DNA from: Octopus vulgaris
Taxonomy: Eukaryota
NCBI GenBank assembly: GCA_951406725.2
Contig: OX597836.1
Span: forward strand, 3,162,001 to 3,226,000
Reading direction: 5' to 3'
Length of the DNA: 64,000 nucleotides
The translations under genes were made by a program, and so were the position numbers. Below, piece after piece: positions 29,141 to 42,245 of the stretch. Below the pieces are notes generated by a model. That model had not been told where the DNA came from. It did not search any database and saw only the letters and a list, made by a program, of their open reading frames with translations. The first letter of the stretch is position 1. Each line of letters opens with the position of its first letter.

Positions 29141-30304
29141 GTAATGCAAGATTAAATACAAACACACAAAGAATCACTCGTGATTGTTTGGATTGGTCTA
29201 TGTTGCACGTTAGAATATGTATGTATGTATGTGTGTATATATATATATATATATACCGGCCAAGATATATATACAAGCAACATCCAGCAATGCACTTCAC
29301 ATCGATTCGATATTTGAACCAAAAAGTGAAATTATTCTTCCGCATTGTGAATTAACCAATTTTTATTTTGTAGTAAATACCGGAGCTATGAACGAGAGGA
29401 AAATGTGTGTGCGTGTGTTTGCGAATTTGTTTTTATGTTTATTATAATAAAATCAATTTTACATTAACCTGACGGGTTACTTTCCACTTTTGTAGAGTTC
29501 GGCGCTACTATTGAATGTAAATACTATTGACAGTGACTTCGAATTTTCGATCAGATAAAACACCGTGTGTGCTAGTATACAAACACGTACACCGGTAACC
29601 ACAGACGTCTAGAGAGATAGATAGATAGATACATACATACATACATACATAGACAAACAGATACATACATATATAGACATATACATACATACATAAATAG
29701 AGAGATACATACATACATACATACATACATACATAGATACGTGTGTATGAGTTTGTGTGCTTGTGTGCGTGTTTGTATGTCTTTATGTAGGTGCGTACCT
29801 ATGTATGTATTTCTGAAAGTATAACGGATTACGTTTGTTGCATACTTAATTGCAAAGGTCTAACCTACATTTCTTTCAAGCGGCGGAATGTCTCCTCAGA
29901 AGAATCGCTCAAAACGCTGCAAGACTCTCAGTCTTTGGTTCCTTCTGCCAAATCTTTTCTTCCTTCTTATCATTAACAGTTTTTTTTTATTGATCTTGTT
30001 ATGACCATAACAGCGGCAAAACTCACAGGTTTTGCTTCTTTGAAGCAGTAAATCCCACGGGAATGTCTAAAACTTTTTTTCTACTGACGCTGCTGTCACA
30101 AGTGAAGCGGCAAAGCCCAGAGGAATATCCGAAAAGTGTTTCTACCGATTATTCCAACGATCAGTTTTCTTATTCTCAATTGTCGAAATATAATAGCTTG
30201 GTGGTTATCGCATTTAGCCAACATACCATATATTATCGGCTCAATTCTATTTCATTGCTGTAGATTTTTACTGTATTTTTGGACAGTGCTTAGCAAAATA
30301 GAAA

Positions 30305-30672
30305 AAGCTGCACGAGGACATGCACTGCATTCACCATTTGTTGGTGATTCCTTACTACTCCTGGCGGATGACACGTTTGCACAGCGTAGGCGAAAATGAC
30401 CCCAACCCACGGGTCTGTTTGTGTAGTCGTTTCTGGTGAGTTTTAATAGGTCGGAGTGAAAATCCCACCTCAACCTCTTTTGATCGTCCTTTACGACATG
30501 CAGAAGAAATGATAGATCTATTCTTCAAAATATTGGTCACCATACAGTACTAGAGCAAAGTGAGATGAAGTGTTCTGCTGAAGAAGGAAACACTAGACCC
30601 CGTCCCGGAATCGAAACTACAATCTAGCAATTTTGAGTGCAACAACTTATCCTAGTAAAGGCACAATGCCTA
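30305..30672 (-). mobile_element. SINE family C, degenerate full-length (tRNA head, V-like segment, Ceph-like body)
   Basis: The minus strand has B-box GTTTCGATTCCGG near 30605-30617 and TGCATGTCGTAAGGACGATCAAAAGAGG. The body is homologous to 15345-15585. Confidence 0.6.
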
Positions 30673-31224
30673 CTGGGTATCTGTTTCTACGTGTGTGACT
30701 CATAATCATGTAGTTTTCGGCTTAATCTTACTGTGAGGCGATTTGGGAGTCTTTTTTTTTTTTGTTCTTTTTCTTATATGACCCTCAAGTCGATCATTTA
30801 CTTGTGACTGAATAATGGAGAGATAGATTCTGTAAAGATGTTTATTGGAGAGATAGTTCTTATTCTTGTTTGTTGATTTAATCATGTTCTTCTTTAGCAC
30901 CGACATCCGATCGAAATATGCCCTACGCTAAGCATATTCGGTTGCATTCATTAAGGCCAATGTTTAACTTCCTATCTTCCGCATACACTTTGAGAAGGAC
31001 ATCAAGAAATTTCACGGTCGCTGGTGCAACTCTTCTCTCTAAAAGGTTTTAAAAACTTCTGATCTACTCCGAGTACACTGTGTAACATGATCTATGTCTT
31101 TGAGAAACAACTGTTATTTCAATTCTTTATCCATAGAGAGAATGAAAAATGGCTAATATTTCCTTCAGACTTTCTTTTTGTTACATTTATTCAAATCACA
31201 AAGAACCCATCTCATGGCTATTGT

Positions 31225-31451
31225 TATTTCTTTTTCTCTACTACCCACAAGAGGCTACACACAGAGGGGACAAACAAGGACAGACAAACGGATTAAATCG
31301 ATTATATCGACCCCAGTGCATAACTGGTACATCCGAAAGGATGAAAGGCAAAGTCGACCTCGGCGGAATTTGAACTTAGAACGTAGCAGCAGACGAAATG
31401 CCGCAAAGCATTTCGCCCGGCGTGCTAACGATTCTGTCAGCTCGCCGCCTC
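31225..31451 (-). mobile_element. SINE family B, monomer
   Basis: CTACCCACAAGAGGCT...AAGGATGAAAGGCAAAGTCGACCTCGGCGGAATTTGAACT...GCTCGCCGCCT. The central GCCTTTCATCCTTTCGGGGTCG motif resembles the Meta/MESC SINE domain (from memory). Confidence 0.9.
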
Positions 31452-31864
31452 TCATGGCTATTCTGCTCCCCGACTGCACTTGCAAATGTTCAGAGGTGCA
31501 CATATTGATACGAGTGAAATAGAGAATTATAAGATTATATACACATGCAATGACTGTGTGCTACACAAATATATAGTAGTAAAAAATGAAATTAACATAA
31601 TAATCTTTTACTCTTTTATATTATTACTGGTATATATTTGTGTAGCAGACAGTCTTTGCTTGTGTATGCATTCTAATAATACTCCCTTTTTTTTGGGGGG
31701 GGGGGGATAAATAGACATAATAGAATGTCTAACGGCCGATGTATGATTTTTTTGTAACCCCTCCGTTTTCTTTTTGCCGTATAAATTAAGGGGAAACCAC
31801 TTTTTACCCCCACCTATATATGACACTCGATTGCGAAATTAACATGCAATAACCAACACTTGGA

Positions 31865-31911
<47 letters not shown>

Positions 31912-31913
<2 letters not shown>

Positions 31914-32125
31914 TCTTTACTCTTTTACTTGTTTCAGCCATTTGACAGCGGCCATCCTGGAGCACTGCCTTTAGTCGAGCAAATCGACCCCAGGACTTAT
32001 TCTTTGTAAGCCTAGTACTTATTCTATCGTTCCCTTTTGCCGAACCGCTAAGTTACGGGGACGTAGACACAACAGAATCGGTTGTCAAGCGATGTTGAGT
32101 GGACAAACACAGACAAACACACACG

Positions 32126-32173
<48 letters not shown>

Positions 32174-32336
32174 TATACACACATATATATACACATATAT
32201 AGGATGGGCTTCTTTCAGTTTCCGTCTATCAAATCCACTCACAAGGCTTGGTCGGCCCAAGGCTATAGTAGAAGACACTTGCCCAGGGTACCACGCCGTG
32301 GGACTGAACCCGTAAGTAAGCTACTTACCACATAGC
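31912..32336 (-). mobile_element. SINE family A, near full-length with a deletion in the head
   Basis: Aligns with 24651-25050; internal (TA)n is expanded. Confidence 0.92.
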
Positions 32337-32508
32337 AATTGTGTATTACCTGAAGAAATACAACAGGATCCCACAATACAGGTAAACAGTTACATAATCA
32401 GATTCCTGTGTATATGAAGATAGGTGTTGTATGGAATCATGTTAATCAGTGATTAAGAAATAACCGTCTCCTTCTCGTTGACTCTATATTATTCAATGAT
32501 ATATAGAA

Positions 32509-32559
<51 letters not shown>

Positions 32560-33109
32560 TGTCTGATTACATACACACACACACATACATATATGCTTTC
32601 ATACAAACACAAAGAAAGAACACACACACACACTTATGTTATAAATGGCGTTGATGACCTCAAACGTTGCACCTGTACAAAAATAACTAATTCTGATTTA
32701 CAGCAACTTCATAATACATAAAAGCTTTCAAAATTCTCTACTACCTGTTACCTCTCTCTATCTCCTCTCTCTCTCTCCCTCTATCTCCTCTCTCTCTCTC
32801 CTCTCTCTCTCCCTCTATCTGTCTTTCTGTCCGTCTGCTTGTCTGTGGTGTTTCTATTTGCAATGTGTTGCTTTAAAAAAATTGTTTATGCAATATTTCT
32901 AATAACTTACATTCACAATTGGCTGTCCATTATTCAGTCATCGAGTTTGATGTTAAAGAAATTTCCTCAATAATAATAAGTAAATGCTAACAATTTTCAC
33001 TCTATAGAAATTCCAATTTTGAAAATTCTACACAGAAAAGAAAAAGAAAAAAAAAAGAAATTATAAGTAAATGAATACGCACACATACATGCATGCATGC
33101 ATACAAACA

Positions 33110-33717
33110 TATATATATGCATATATATGCATGTATATATGTGTGCATATGTATATATACATATATCTATATATGCATATATATATACATATATATATAT
33201 ATGTGTGTGTATATATATATGTGTGTGTATATATATGTGTGTGTGTATATATATGTGTGTGTGTATATATGTGTGTGTGTGTATATATATGTGTGTGTGT
33301 ATATATATGTGTGTGTGTATATATATGTGTGTATGTGTGTGTATACATATGTGTATGTGTGTGTGTGTGTGTGTATACATATATGTATGTATGTGTGTGT
33401 GTGTGTATACATATATGTATGTATGTGTGTGTGTATACATATATGTATGTATGTGTGTGTGTGTATATGTATGTATGTGTGTGTGTGTATATATATATAT
33501 GTATGTATGTGTGTATATATATATATATGTATGTGTGTATATATATATATATGTATGTGTGTATATATATATTTATGTATGTGTGTATATATATATTTAT
33601 GTATGTGTGTATATATATATATGTATGTGTGTATATATATATATGTATGTGTGTATATATATATATGTATGTGTGTATATATATATATGTATGTGTGTGT
33701 ATATATATATATATGTA

Positions 33718-33760
<43 letters not shown>
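33110..33760. repeat. Compound (AT)n(GT)n minisatellite-like array
   Basis: Recurrent GTATGTGTGTATATATATATAT-type units. Confidence 0.93.
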
Positions 33761-33762
<2 letters not shown>

Positions 33763-35466
33763 CGTGTATGTGTCTTATTTGTGCTTGTGTGTTTGTGTCT
33801 GTTTATGCGATTATGGAGCTATACACAAAAACATTGTACATGAAAGACGTTAGACATACGTTAATTGTAAATGTGTGTGTGTGTGTATGTGTGTGTGTAT
33901 GCAAGTTAGTGTGTTTTTGCGCGCACGCCTCTGTTTGTGTGTGTAGAGGAATACGTAATTTAGTCAGTCAAGCAAACACCGATCTCCACCTTGCCACATC
34001 CACTCAGACCACAACAGACTTAGAAACACACACACACAAACACAGAGGCTGTCACAGACACATTCACACATATATATCTATATACATACATGAATATATA
34101 TACATACATGTATATATATACATATATATATATATATTGCGAACGATTAGAAGAATTTACAAATAGCCATTAATTTTAAATAATGTCTGTATTTACCATT
34201 TTATGTAGACAAAAATATACAAACAGTCAAGTGTGTGAGTTTAGAGACAACCATGCACACATTCATATATGTGCTTACCTCTCTCTATATATATATAAAT
34301 ATATTTACATATATATGTATTTATGGATATTTGATTGAGACAGCTTACCTGTGTGAATACGCAAACACACATATATCAATACATGTATGTACATCTATAT
34401 ATGTGTGTGTAAACAAGCATTCATACATACATATATATATATATATATGTATATACATATATACATACATGCATACATACATATATATATACACATATAC
34501 ATACATATATAGACACATATACATACATACATATATATATACACATATACATACATACATATATATATATAAATATATATACAAATATACATATATACAC
34601 ACATACATATATATATATATGTATATACATATATATACATACATATATACGTATATACATATATACGTATATACATACATATATATATATATATAGTATT
34701 CATTTATGTGTCTCTTAGTATTTGAGGACGAGTGAGAAAGAGAAAGACACAAGATATATAGAGAGGAAGAGAGAATGTATGTGTGTCTGTTTCCTTGTGG
34801 TTGTGCGTTTGCGTATATGTATGCCTCACTGTGTGTGTGCGTGTGTGTGTGAGAGAGATAGAGAATAAGTGGGGGTAGAGAGAGGGAGGGGGCTCACATA
34901 TGCATCATGAATGCTTTTGTAATTGCGTTACTTTGATATAGCCTCTGTTCTTATAACTCTATACATTTTTATGCGTTCTTTACCGTGATTGCGGTCTCGC
35001 TCTTGTTATTTCACGTTTCGAGCAGAATACTTCGTCTCAGACGAGCCAATCACTAATACTCTCTTTGTCACTCTTCCCCCCTCTCTATCTCTCTCTCTCT
35101 TCTCTCTCTCTATCACTCTCTCTGTCATATATATATATACGCTGGAGTTGAACTAGGGACAGCTGATGAAGGGTATTTTTCCTTGTGTAGTTTGTCTTGT
35201 ACTCTGTTTTTCTGTTGTAAAAAAATGGGTTGTTCCATGCTTGTTTTTCCGTTTTCGTTTCTCGTTGAGTTCTACGTCTATTTGTGGTGTCCTGTACTCA
35301 CGTGTATATATATTTATATATACATGTATATATACATGTAGATGTAGGTACGTACATATATGTATGTATGCATATATTTTATTTATTACACTATTGTATG
35401 ACTGAGCGCCTTCGCGTCGATTCGATTCGATTCGTTCGTTTCGTTCTGTTCTTCTTCTCCAAGTAC

Positions 35467-35498
<32 letters not shown>

Positions 35499-35513
35499 CC
35501 ACACGTATACATA

Positions 35514-35936
35514 GCGTAGGAGTGGCTGTGTGGTAAGTAGCCAGCTTACGAACCACATTGTTCCGGGTTCAGTCCCACTGCGTGGCACCTTGGACAGGCT
35601 TCTTCTACTATATGCTCAGGCCGACCAAAGCCTTGTGAGTGGTTCTGGTAGACGGAAACTGTAAGAAGCCCGCCGTATACATATATATATATATATATGT
35701 GTATATCTTTGTTTGTCTGTGTTTTCCGCCACCCCCAACATCGCTGGTGTGCTTACGTCTCTATAACACCGATGCTGGTGTGCTTACGTCTCTATAACTT
35801 AGCAGTTCGGCAAAAGGGACCGATAGAATAACTATTAGGCTTAAAAGAATGTCCTGGGGTCGATTTGCTCGACTAAAGGCGGTGCTCCAGCATGGCTACA
35901 GTCAAATGACTGAACCAAGTAATAAAGTAAAAGAGA
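35514..35936 (+). mobile_element. SINE family A, full-length
   Basis: GCGTAGGAGTGGCTGTGTGGTAAG...CCTTGGACAGG...GACTGAACCAAGTAATAAAG. Contains a 25-bp internal duplication at 35743 and 35774. Confidence 0.93.
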
Positions 35937-35957
35937 TATATATGCATATATATGTAT

Positions 35958-36388
35958 CCAGCAGCTACCCTCTTCACCCAGGGCAGCACTACTTTCTCTA
36001 GGCACTTGAGGTAGGCCTCCATGTTGAACCTGAAGCCATGTGGGAAGATGTATAGAGGCATGTCTTCGCCATCATTTATCATTACTCCCAAAGCCATGAT
36101 GTTGACTGGATGTTTGATTTCTATCACTCTCGGTACATGTTTTGGGGACACGGCAAGACAACGGTTGTTTCGTGTGTTCGTCATCTGTTCATATTGGAAC
36201 TTCTAACACAAATCTCAAGTTGTTCCCAAATTTCTGGCAGAGCGAATTGTGTCATAGTGCTGTTTTCTCACTGCCGGTGCCCAACTGACCCTACTATATA
36301 GTGAGGTCGAAAGAAAAAAAAAAAAAACAATGCGTATATTCGAAATTAAAAATATGAAATGATAATAAATTACCGAAGGCACACTGTA
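35958..36388 (-). mobile_element. Deleted maT/DD37D-like mariner relic with one terminal
   Basis: ORF 35873-36184 gives KHPVNIMALGVMINDGEDMPLYIFPHGFRFNMEAYLKCLEKVVLPWVKRVAAG, resembling the region between the first two catalytic Asp residues. The terminus TA|CAGTGTGCC is at 36388 on the minus strand. Confidence 0.8.
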
Positions 36389-38147
36389 AATATGTGTCTG
36401 TGTGTATATATATATATATATAAGGAAATGCTAACGATGTTTTGAGAATGAGGCTAAAAACCTAATCGCTAGCCAACGAGTACCCTCTGTGTTTGAGTGT
36501 ATGCAGCTGAAATGTATCCGGAAAGCCTGAACTTTACATATATACACTTTAATTATGAAACGACTGTTTTACTGGTAAAATTGTAAGAAATTGATTGTGG
36601 AATACTCCACGCAGATACACGCAAAGAAACACAGACTCACATATACACAGATGTATAGACACACACACGCATTTGGATAGAAACATACTCACCCCCCCCG
36701 CTCACACACACATATATATATACATATATATATATATATACATATTTGTATATATATAGATAGATAGATACGTTGACACATATATATATATATATATATA
36801 TACATATATTTGTATATATATAGATAGATACGTTGACACATATATATCGATATAAACATATGCATACATATATATTTATATAAATACACATATATGCATA
36901 TATATATATAAATGTATATTATACATATATGCATACATATATATTATACATATATGAATATATGTCTATGTGAGTATGTATTTATATATATTTATATACA
37001 CAGACCCACATACATATATATCCAATAATATACGTGTGTTTACGTGTGACATTTTGCCTCCAGTCAATGAACTTCTGCACTAAATGATCTCAGGTTTTAA
37101 ATTCTCCTCCAATACATTCAAGTGTAACAACACAGCCATGTGTGCGTACAGTAAAGTATTTTATGTGGATCTCTTCATCCGTTCCTAAGTATAGCATCCT
37201 CTACGAATTTCAGCCGGAAGCAGAGCGACACCAAATTTAAAATGGCGTCCACGATTCACTGAACTATGTTGCATAAACTTTTCATTATCACGAAAAGTAG
37301 AATATTTGTAACTCCAAAATACAAGCGTCTATACATACGTATATGTACGACTGCATGTAGCACATATATATATATATGAATACATGTGCACGCTATTCAA
37401 GCAAACGACTTCATGCATAGATGAATGTATATATAGATAGATATTAGTCGCTTGTTTGTATTGATCGGTATATATATTTGTAGACATATATATTCGTAAC
37501 TATATATAAAATTATGCCTGTAAGTGGGTGTTTAATTAAATAGAAGAGTACGCCATCACACATAATCCTGAAGGTAATTGCTTTCACCAAAAACACGGCA
37601 CATTACCATTTGCGTACATATACATATATATACATATGTATATGTATGTATATATCAGTGGGTATGCTTGTTTACATACATGTACGTATGCTCCTTATGT
37701 ATGAGTATGCTTAGACATGTTTGTGTATGCATGAGTGTTTATGGTAGCACCATGCATATGAGGCGCAAACGTCAAAAATAGAAGAAGATTGGATTAGAAT
37801 ACTAGCTTCAACAACTACTACTACTACTACTAATGATAATAATGATAATAATGATAATAATAATTATAATAACAATAATAGTAATAGTAATCATTATAAG
37901 AGCTATAATAATAATGATGATGGTTGTATTTTTTTTATTAATTTTGTTACGTATTTTCGTTGTTGTAGTCATTGTCTGTTGTTTTGGGGTTTTTGTTTGT
38001 TTTGCTTTCTTGTTTTCGTTTATTTTTTGTCGTTAGTGTTAGATTTTAGTGTCCCCATTATTCTCATAGCAATATTATTATTAATTAAGTTTATATATTA
38101 AGTGTTTTAAGAAAGGCTTCTTTGATAATATTAAGAAAATAACAAAT

Positions 38148-38285
38148 CAATAATAATAATAATAATTTAACAACAATAACGAAAGCAATAATAATAATAA
38201 TAATAGTAATAATAACGTCATTAATAACGATAATAATAATAATAATAATAGTAATAATAACGTCATTAACAACAATAACGATAGC

Positions 38286-38318
<33 letters not shown>

Positions 38319-38388
38319 GTCATTAACAACAATAACAATAATAGTGATAGTAATAATGAGTAATAATAATAATAATAATAATAATAAA
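38148..38388. repeat. (AAT)n array with higher-order units
   Basis: AATAACGTCATTAA(C/T)AAC recurs three times between AAT runs. Confidence 0.9.
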
Positions 38389-38770
38389 ATGTGAGTTCAT
38401 AGTAAAACCAGCGAACAAATTTGTATCTTTTTTTTCGTTTCGGTTGGAAGCCATTAACGAATCTAATTTGGAGCGAACTGCTTCTAGCATAGAACACTAT
38501 CGGTTCATACAGCATGTAATGGTTATAATGAATTCGAGCTGAACGATGCTGGTGATGATTATTGTTGTGATGATGGTGGGGATTATGATGATGGTGAAGG
38601 TGATGATAGTGTTGATTATGATACTGATGATGACGATGCTACGTTGGAGATGTTAAAAAATGATGGTGTCATTAATAATGATAATAATAATGGTTTCAAA
38701 TATTTGCATAACGGCAGCCATTTTGGAGGAGGTGATGTGCTGATTACATCGCCCCCCAGTGTTCAATAAT

Positions 38771-38923
38771 GCAATACTAGGCACTGCACACACATCCTAC
38801 GCTAAACACTTTCAATACAGTGAAAATAAGAGCATCACAACAAACCACAGCACATACCCCAAGGCACACAGAAATGCACTCGGTAGTGAAGTGAAAGCAC
38901 GTGATAAAAACAAGACTACTGAC

Positions 38924-38958
<35 letters not shown>
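38771..38958 (+). mobile_element. Dong/R4-clade LINE, 3' end with (AAT)n tail
   Basis: Translates AILGTAH/ILR*TLSIQ* with a 2-nt frameshift, then about 100 bp of UTR running into (AAT)n. Confidence 0.75.
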
Positions 38959-39227
38959 GTAAAAGTAGCAGTAGTAGTAATGCTGATGACAGAAACAGTC
39001 TGGCTGAGTTCTTTGGGACTTGAGAAAGAGTACAAGCCCCTAGTAGACACAATATCTTCAATCAACAACATCACGACATTTTATACTGTGCGACCTCTAT
39101 AATAATAACACTAATATCCCTAAATATAATAATTTACATATCTCAGTTTCTATAAAAGAGCTTTCTAATGAATTTTAATGTCTTACAAATGTTTCTGCTA
39201 TAAAATGACCACTATTTTCTTAAAACA

Positions 39228-39605
39228 GGCGTAGGAGTGACTGTGTGGTAAGTAGCTTGCTTACCAACCACATGGTTCCGGGTTCGGTTACACTGCGTGG
39301 CACCTTGGGCAAGTGTCTTCTACTATAGCCTCGGGCCGACCAAAGCCTTTTGAGTGGATTTGGTAAACGGAAACTGAAACAACCCGTGGTATATATGTAT
39401 AAATATATATTTGTATGTGTGTGTCTGTATTTGTCCCCCCGACATCGCTTGACAACCGATGCAAGATGTCCACGTCGCCGTAACTTAGCAGTTCGGTAAA
39501 AGAGACCGATAGAATAAGTACTAGGCTTACAAAGAATAAGTCCTGGGGTCGATTTGCTCGACTAAAGGCGGTGCTCCAGCATGGCCACAGTCAAATGACT
39601 GAAAT
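39228..39605 (+). mobile_element. SINE family A, full-length
   Basis: GGCGTAGGAGTGACTGTGTGGTAAG head, CORE-like GCACCTTGGGCAAGTGTCTT, and a tail ending CAGTCAAATGACTGAAA. Confidence 0.93.
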
Positions 39606-40140
39606 AATATATTGCCTGCGAACACCATGTTATTAGTATCGCTAGACCATCACGAAATATTATACCCCCCCCCACACACACACACACATACATTTGCACT
39701 TTAATTTTCCGAAAGCTCGGTTTGTCTATTGCCATTCTGTCATGTCAGATTCTACTAAAACTTTTCTATTGACAAATATTTCTACCTTTTAGCTATATTG
39801 GAGAGTGTTGCTTCAGTTCCAATGACAGTAGGTTAATTTTTATATTACCGTTAGTGTGACGACTAAAATTTCTCGTTACACCAAACATGAATAGCTTTAA
39901 GCTATTTCCTCTTCTGAGAAAATGGGGAATGATTATTGAAAACTAACAAATATTAAATGCCTGAAACATGTCTTCCAGTTCCATGTGTTGCTTAACAAGT
40001 CCTTTCGGATTACATGAAATATTAATTTGTGAGTGAAAACAGTATTACATTTGCGCACATAAATATTCTTCACATTTATATAATTTGGTGTTAATGTCAG
40101 TTAAACATGCATTTATTTCACATCGAATTAAAAAGGTTTC

Positions 40141-40458
40141 GTTTTTGGATTTGGCTTGCAAGATTCTCTATATGATTTTGTATGTTGAAGCATATTTTGT
40201 TGTCTGGGGAGAGTCATTTTCTTTTTGTGCCTTATAATGTAACACACTCACCGGTAAAATTTTCACGTTCTTTTTTTTTATTGTCCTAAAATTTTCGTTG
40301 CGTCTTGCAGACTTTTCAATAGTCTTGAGAGTCAAGACTATTGAAAAAGTTGCAAGAAGCAACGAAAATTTTAGAAAAATAAGAAATAAGTGGAAATTTT
40401 ACCGGTGAGTGTGTTACACTATAAGGTACAAAAAAAATATGACTCTCCCCAGACACAA
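40141..40458. mobile_element. Foldback element, second family, with a variant hammerhead-like core
   Basis: About 125-bp imperfect arms (40201-40328 and 40332-40455) enclose a 3-nt loop GAG. The 12-bp direct repeat TAAAAAGGTTTC lies at 40129-40140 and 40459-40470. Confidence 0.8.
40338..40374 (+). ncRNA. Hammerhead-like motif with a U3-A8 core variant
   Basis: CTA-TTGAAAA-A-GTTGC(AAGAA)GCAAC-GAAA-ATT-T-TAG. Stem II is 5 bp, stem III is the palindrome AATT, and stem I is CTA/TAG. Confidence 0.5.
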
Positions 40459-40639
40459 TAAAAAGGTTTCTTTATGCGTCTTTGTAGTCACCTTCGTGTA
40501 ACAATTTATATTGATTTCATGTCTTTTGGTTATTTGTGTACAGTTAGCAATCTCTTGTACTTGATTGTTTGAAATATTACTTACGTCAAAGAAGGTGATG
40601 GAATACCAGAATCTTTATTCATCGAGCAAAATACTTAAT

Positions 40640-40802
40640 GGCAGCTCGTCCGATTCCCACCAACATCAACTTCGCCCTTTATTCTTTATGAGTTCTCTAA
40701 AATAAGTCTCAGTTAAACTCTGGGAGTCGATATAATCTACTTACCTACTACCAGGTCATCGTTGGCCCCGTATCAAAATTTGGATACCAAAAACATTTGA
40801 AA
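40640..40802 (+). mobile_element. SINE family B, old degenerate copy
   Basis: CAACTTCGCCCTTTATTCTTT...CTGGGAGTCGATATAATC...TTGGATACCAAAAACATTTGAAAC. Confidence 0.55.
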
Positions 40803-41869
40803 CTCAAGGAAAGTTGAAAGAAAGACAAAAGTGACTGTGGTGCTATTCAGATTCTCCGTGAGAAATGGGAGAGACGGACCATTTATATTGAGACTGCGGA
40901 ATTTAAGAAACAAAAGACCAGGTGAGGCCGTTAAACCTGGGCATGGATTAAGTTTAGCACAACAGTGTTTACCAAATCTCATAAGAAATCTTTGGTTAAC
41001 ACGAAGCTGATGAGAGGAGACATTTGCTTTCACGTAGCAGAGTCGTGACTTTTAGTTGTATGTGGTAGTAACTTAATAGCTTCTCTCTATACAACCAGGT
41101 AAATGTGGAATATAAATTTACCATTCAAAGAAACCTAACTAAATATAAGAATATGTTTTGTTCGGTTCTCTTCTTGATATTAGAAGAACGTGAAACGTTG
41201 AACTTCTGTACAGAACTCTCATTCTTTGGAGGGATTTTGTTACAGCCGAAATTCTCTTTAAAGAAATACGAGAAAATTAATTTCAATATAACTTTAGTCT
41301 TACGGAAATACAACTGATAGGTAATTACGTATAGTTTTCCTATTTTTCTTCCTATTTGCAGTATCAGGTTCATCATTTCTACTGACCTTCGGCAATGCAA
41401 GAAAATAGTGAAGTTGACAGCGATCTTAAATGTTTAGCATTTTACGAACAGCAAAGCAAATCGTTATTCTAACTGGTCAAAAAGAAACAACTTATTTAAC
41501 ATTCAGATGCGATTAATCAAATTGTGAAAACGCGAAACTCTGGAGATGTGGGGTCATATAAATATATTACTGTTAAAATTAACATTTCATTTAGAACCAC
41601 TATTTCTTCCACTCCGAGACAAATATATTTCTTTTGCATAAAATTCATAGCCATATTGTATAGTTAACGTCTCAAAACGTTCAATAAATAGTAATAACCT
41701 TATTTGCATGAGTCACAAACTACAGAGCCTCTGGCACTTTCAAAATAAAATGTTAATTCACTCAGCTGTGCATCCAAGTATCAGGTTCTGCACATTATCA
41801 GCTGTCCAGATTTTAATAATGGACAATGCCTAATTCGACAAACACCATTCTGTTTTTTCATACTGGACC

Positions 41870-42002
41870 AATCCACTCACAAGGCTTTGGTCGGCCCGAG
41901 GCTATAGTAGAAGACACTTGCCCAAGGTGCCACGCAGTGGGACTGAACCTGGAACCATGTGGTTGTTGAGCAAGCTACTTACCACACAGTCACTCCTGCG
42001 CC
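41870..42002 (-). mobile_element. SINE family A, 5' half
   Basis: ATCCACTCACAAGGCTTTGGTCGGCCCGAGG...CACTCCTGCGCC. Confidence 0.92.
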
Positions 42003-42133
42003 TATATATATATATAGCAAATCAATATATATATCAGCCCCTTAAGTTCAGTGCTTTGTGCATTTGAGTTATTTTAACTCTTCTTTTTATCAAAAAGCGG
42101 AGCTAGTCAGTACCGTCACTTTTGCAACGTCTG

Positions 42134-42173
<40 letters not shown>

Positions 42174-42209
42174 ATAGTACATATGTATTATGCAACATTT
42201 ATGTACAAA

Positions 42210-42245
<36 letters not shown>

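Noticed and set aside
29860-29975. Possible minus-strand exon ending at an AAT|GTAGGT donor
   Set aside because: Stops occur in all three minus frames and there is no recognisable protein motif.
32345-32390. CTGAAGA followed by a weak hairpin as a hammerhead
   Set aside because: No GAAA box in register; at most a heavily decayed repeat.
35160-35195. CTGATGA-AGGG..TCCTT as a hammerhead
   Set aside because: The hairpin is followed by GTGT, not GAAA, and no stem III or stem I forms.
38980-39005. CTGATGA-CA-GAAA-CAG-TC as a hammerhead
   Set aside because: No stem II and no credible stem I; it lies at the edge of a trinucleotide repeat and is likely chance.
40800-41035. Open frames in a non-repetitive stretch as a host exon
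   Set aside because: No recognisable domain and no supported splice pair; more likely a decayed transposon piece.
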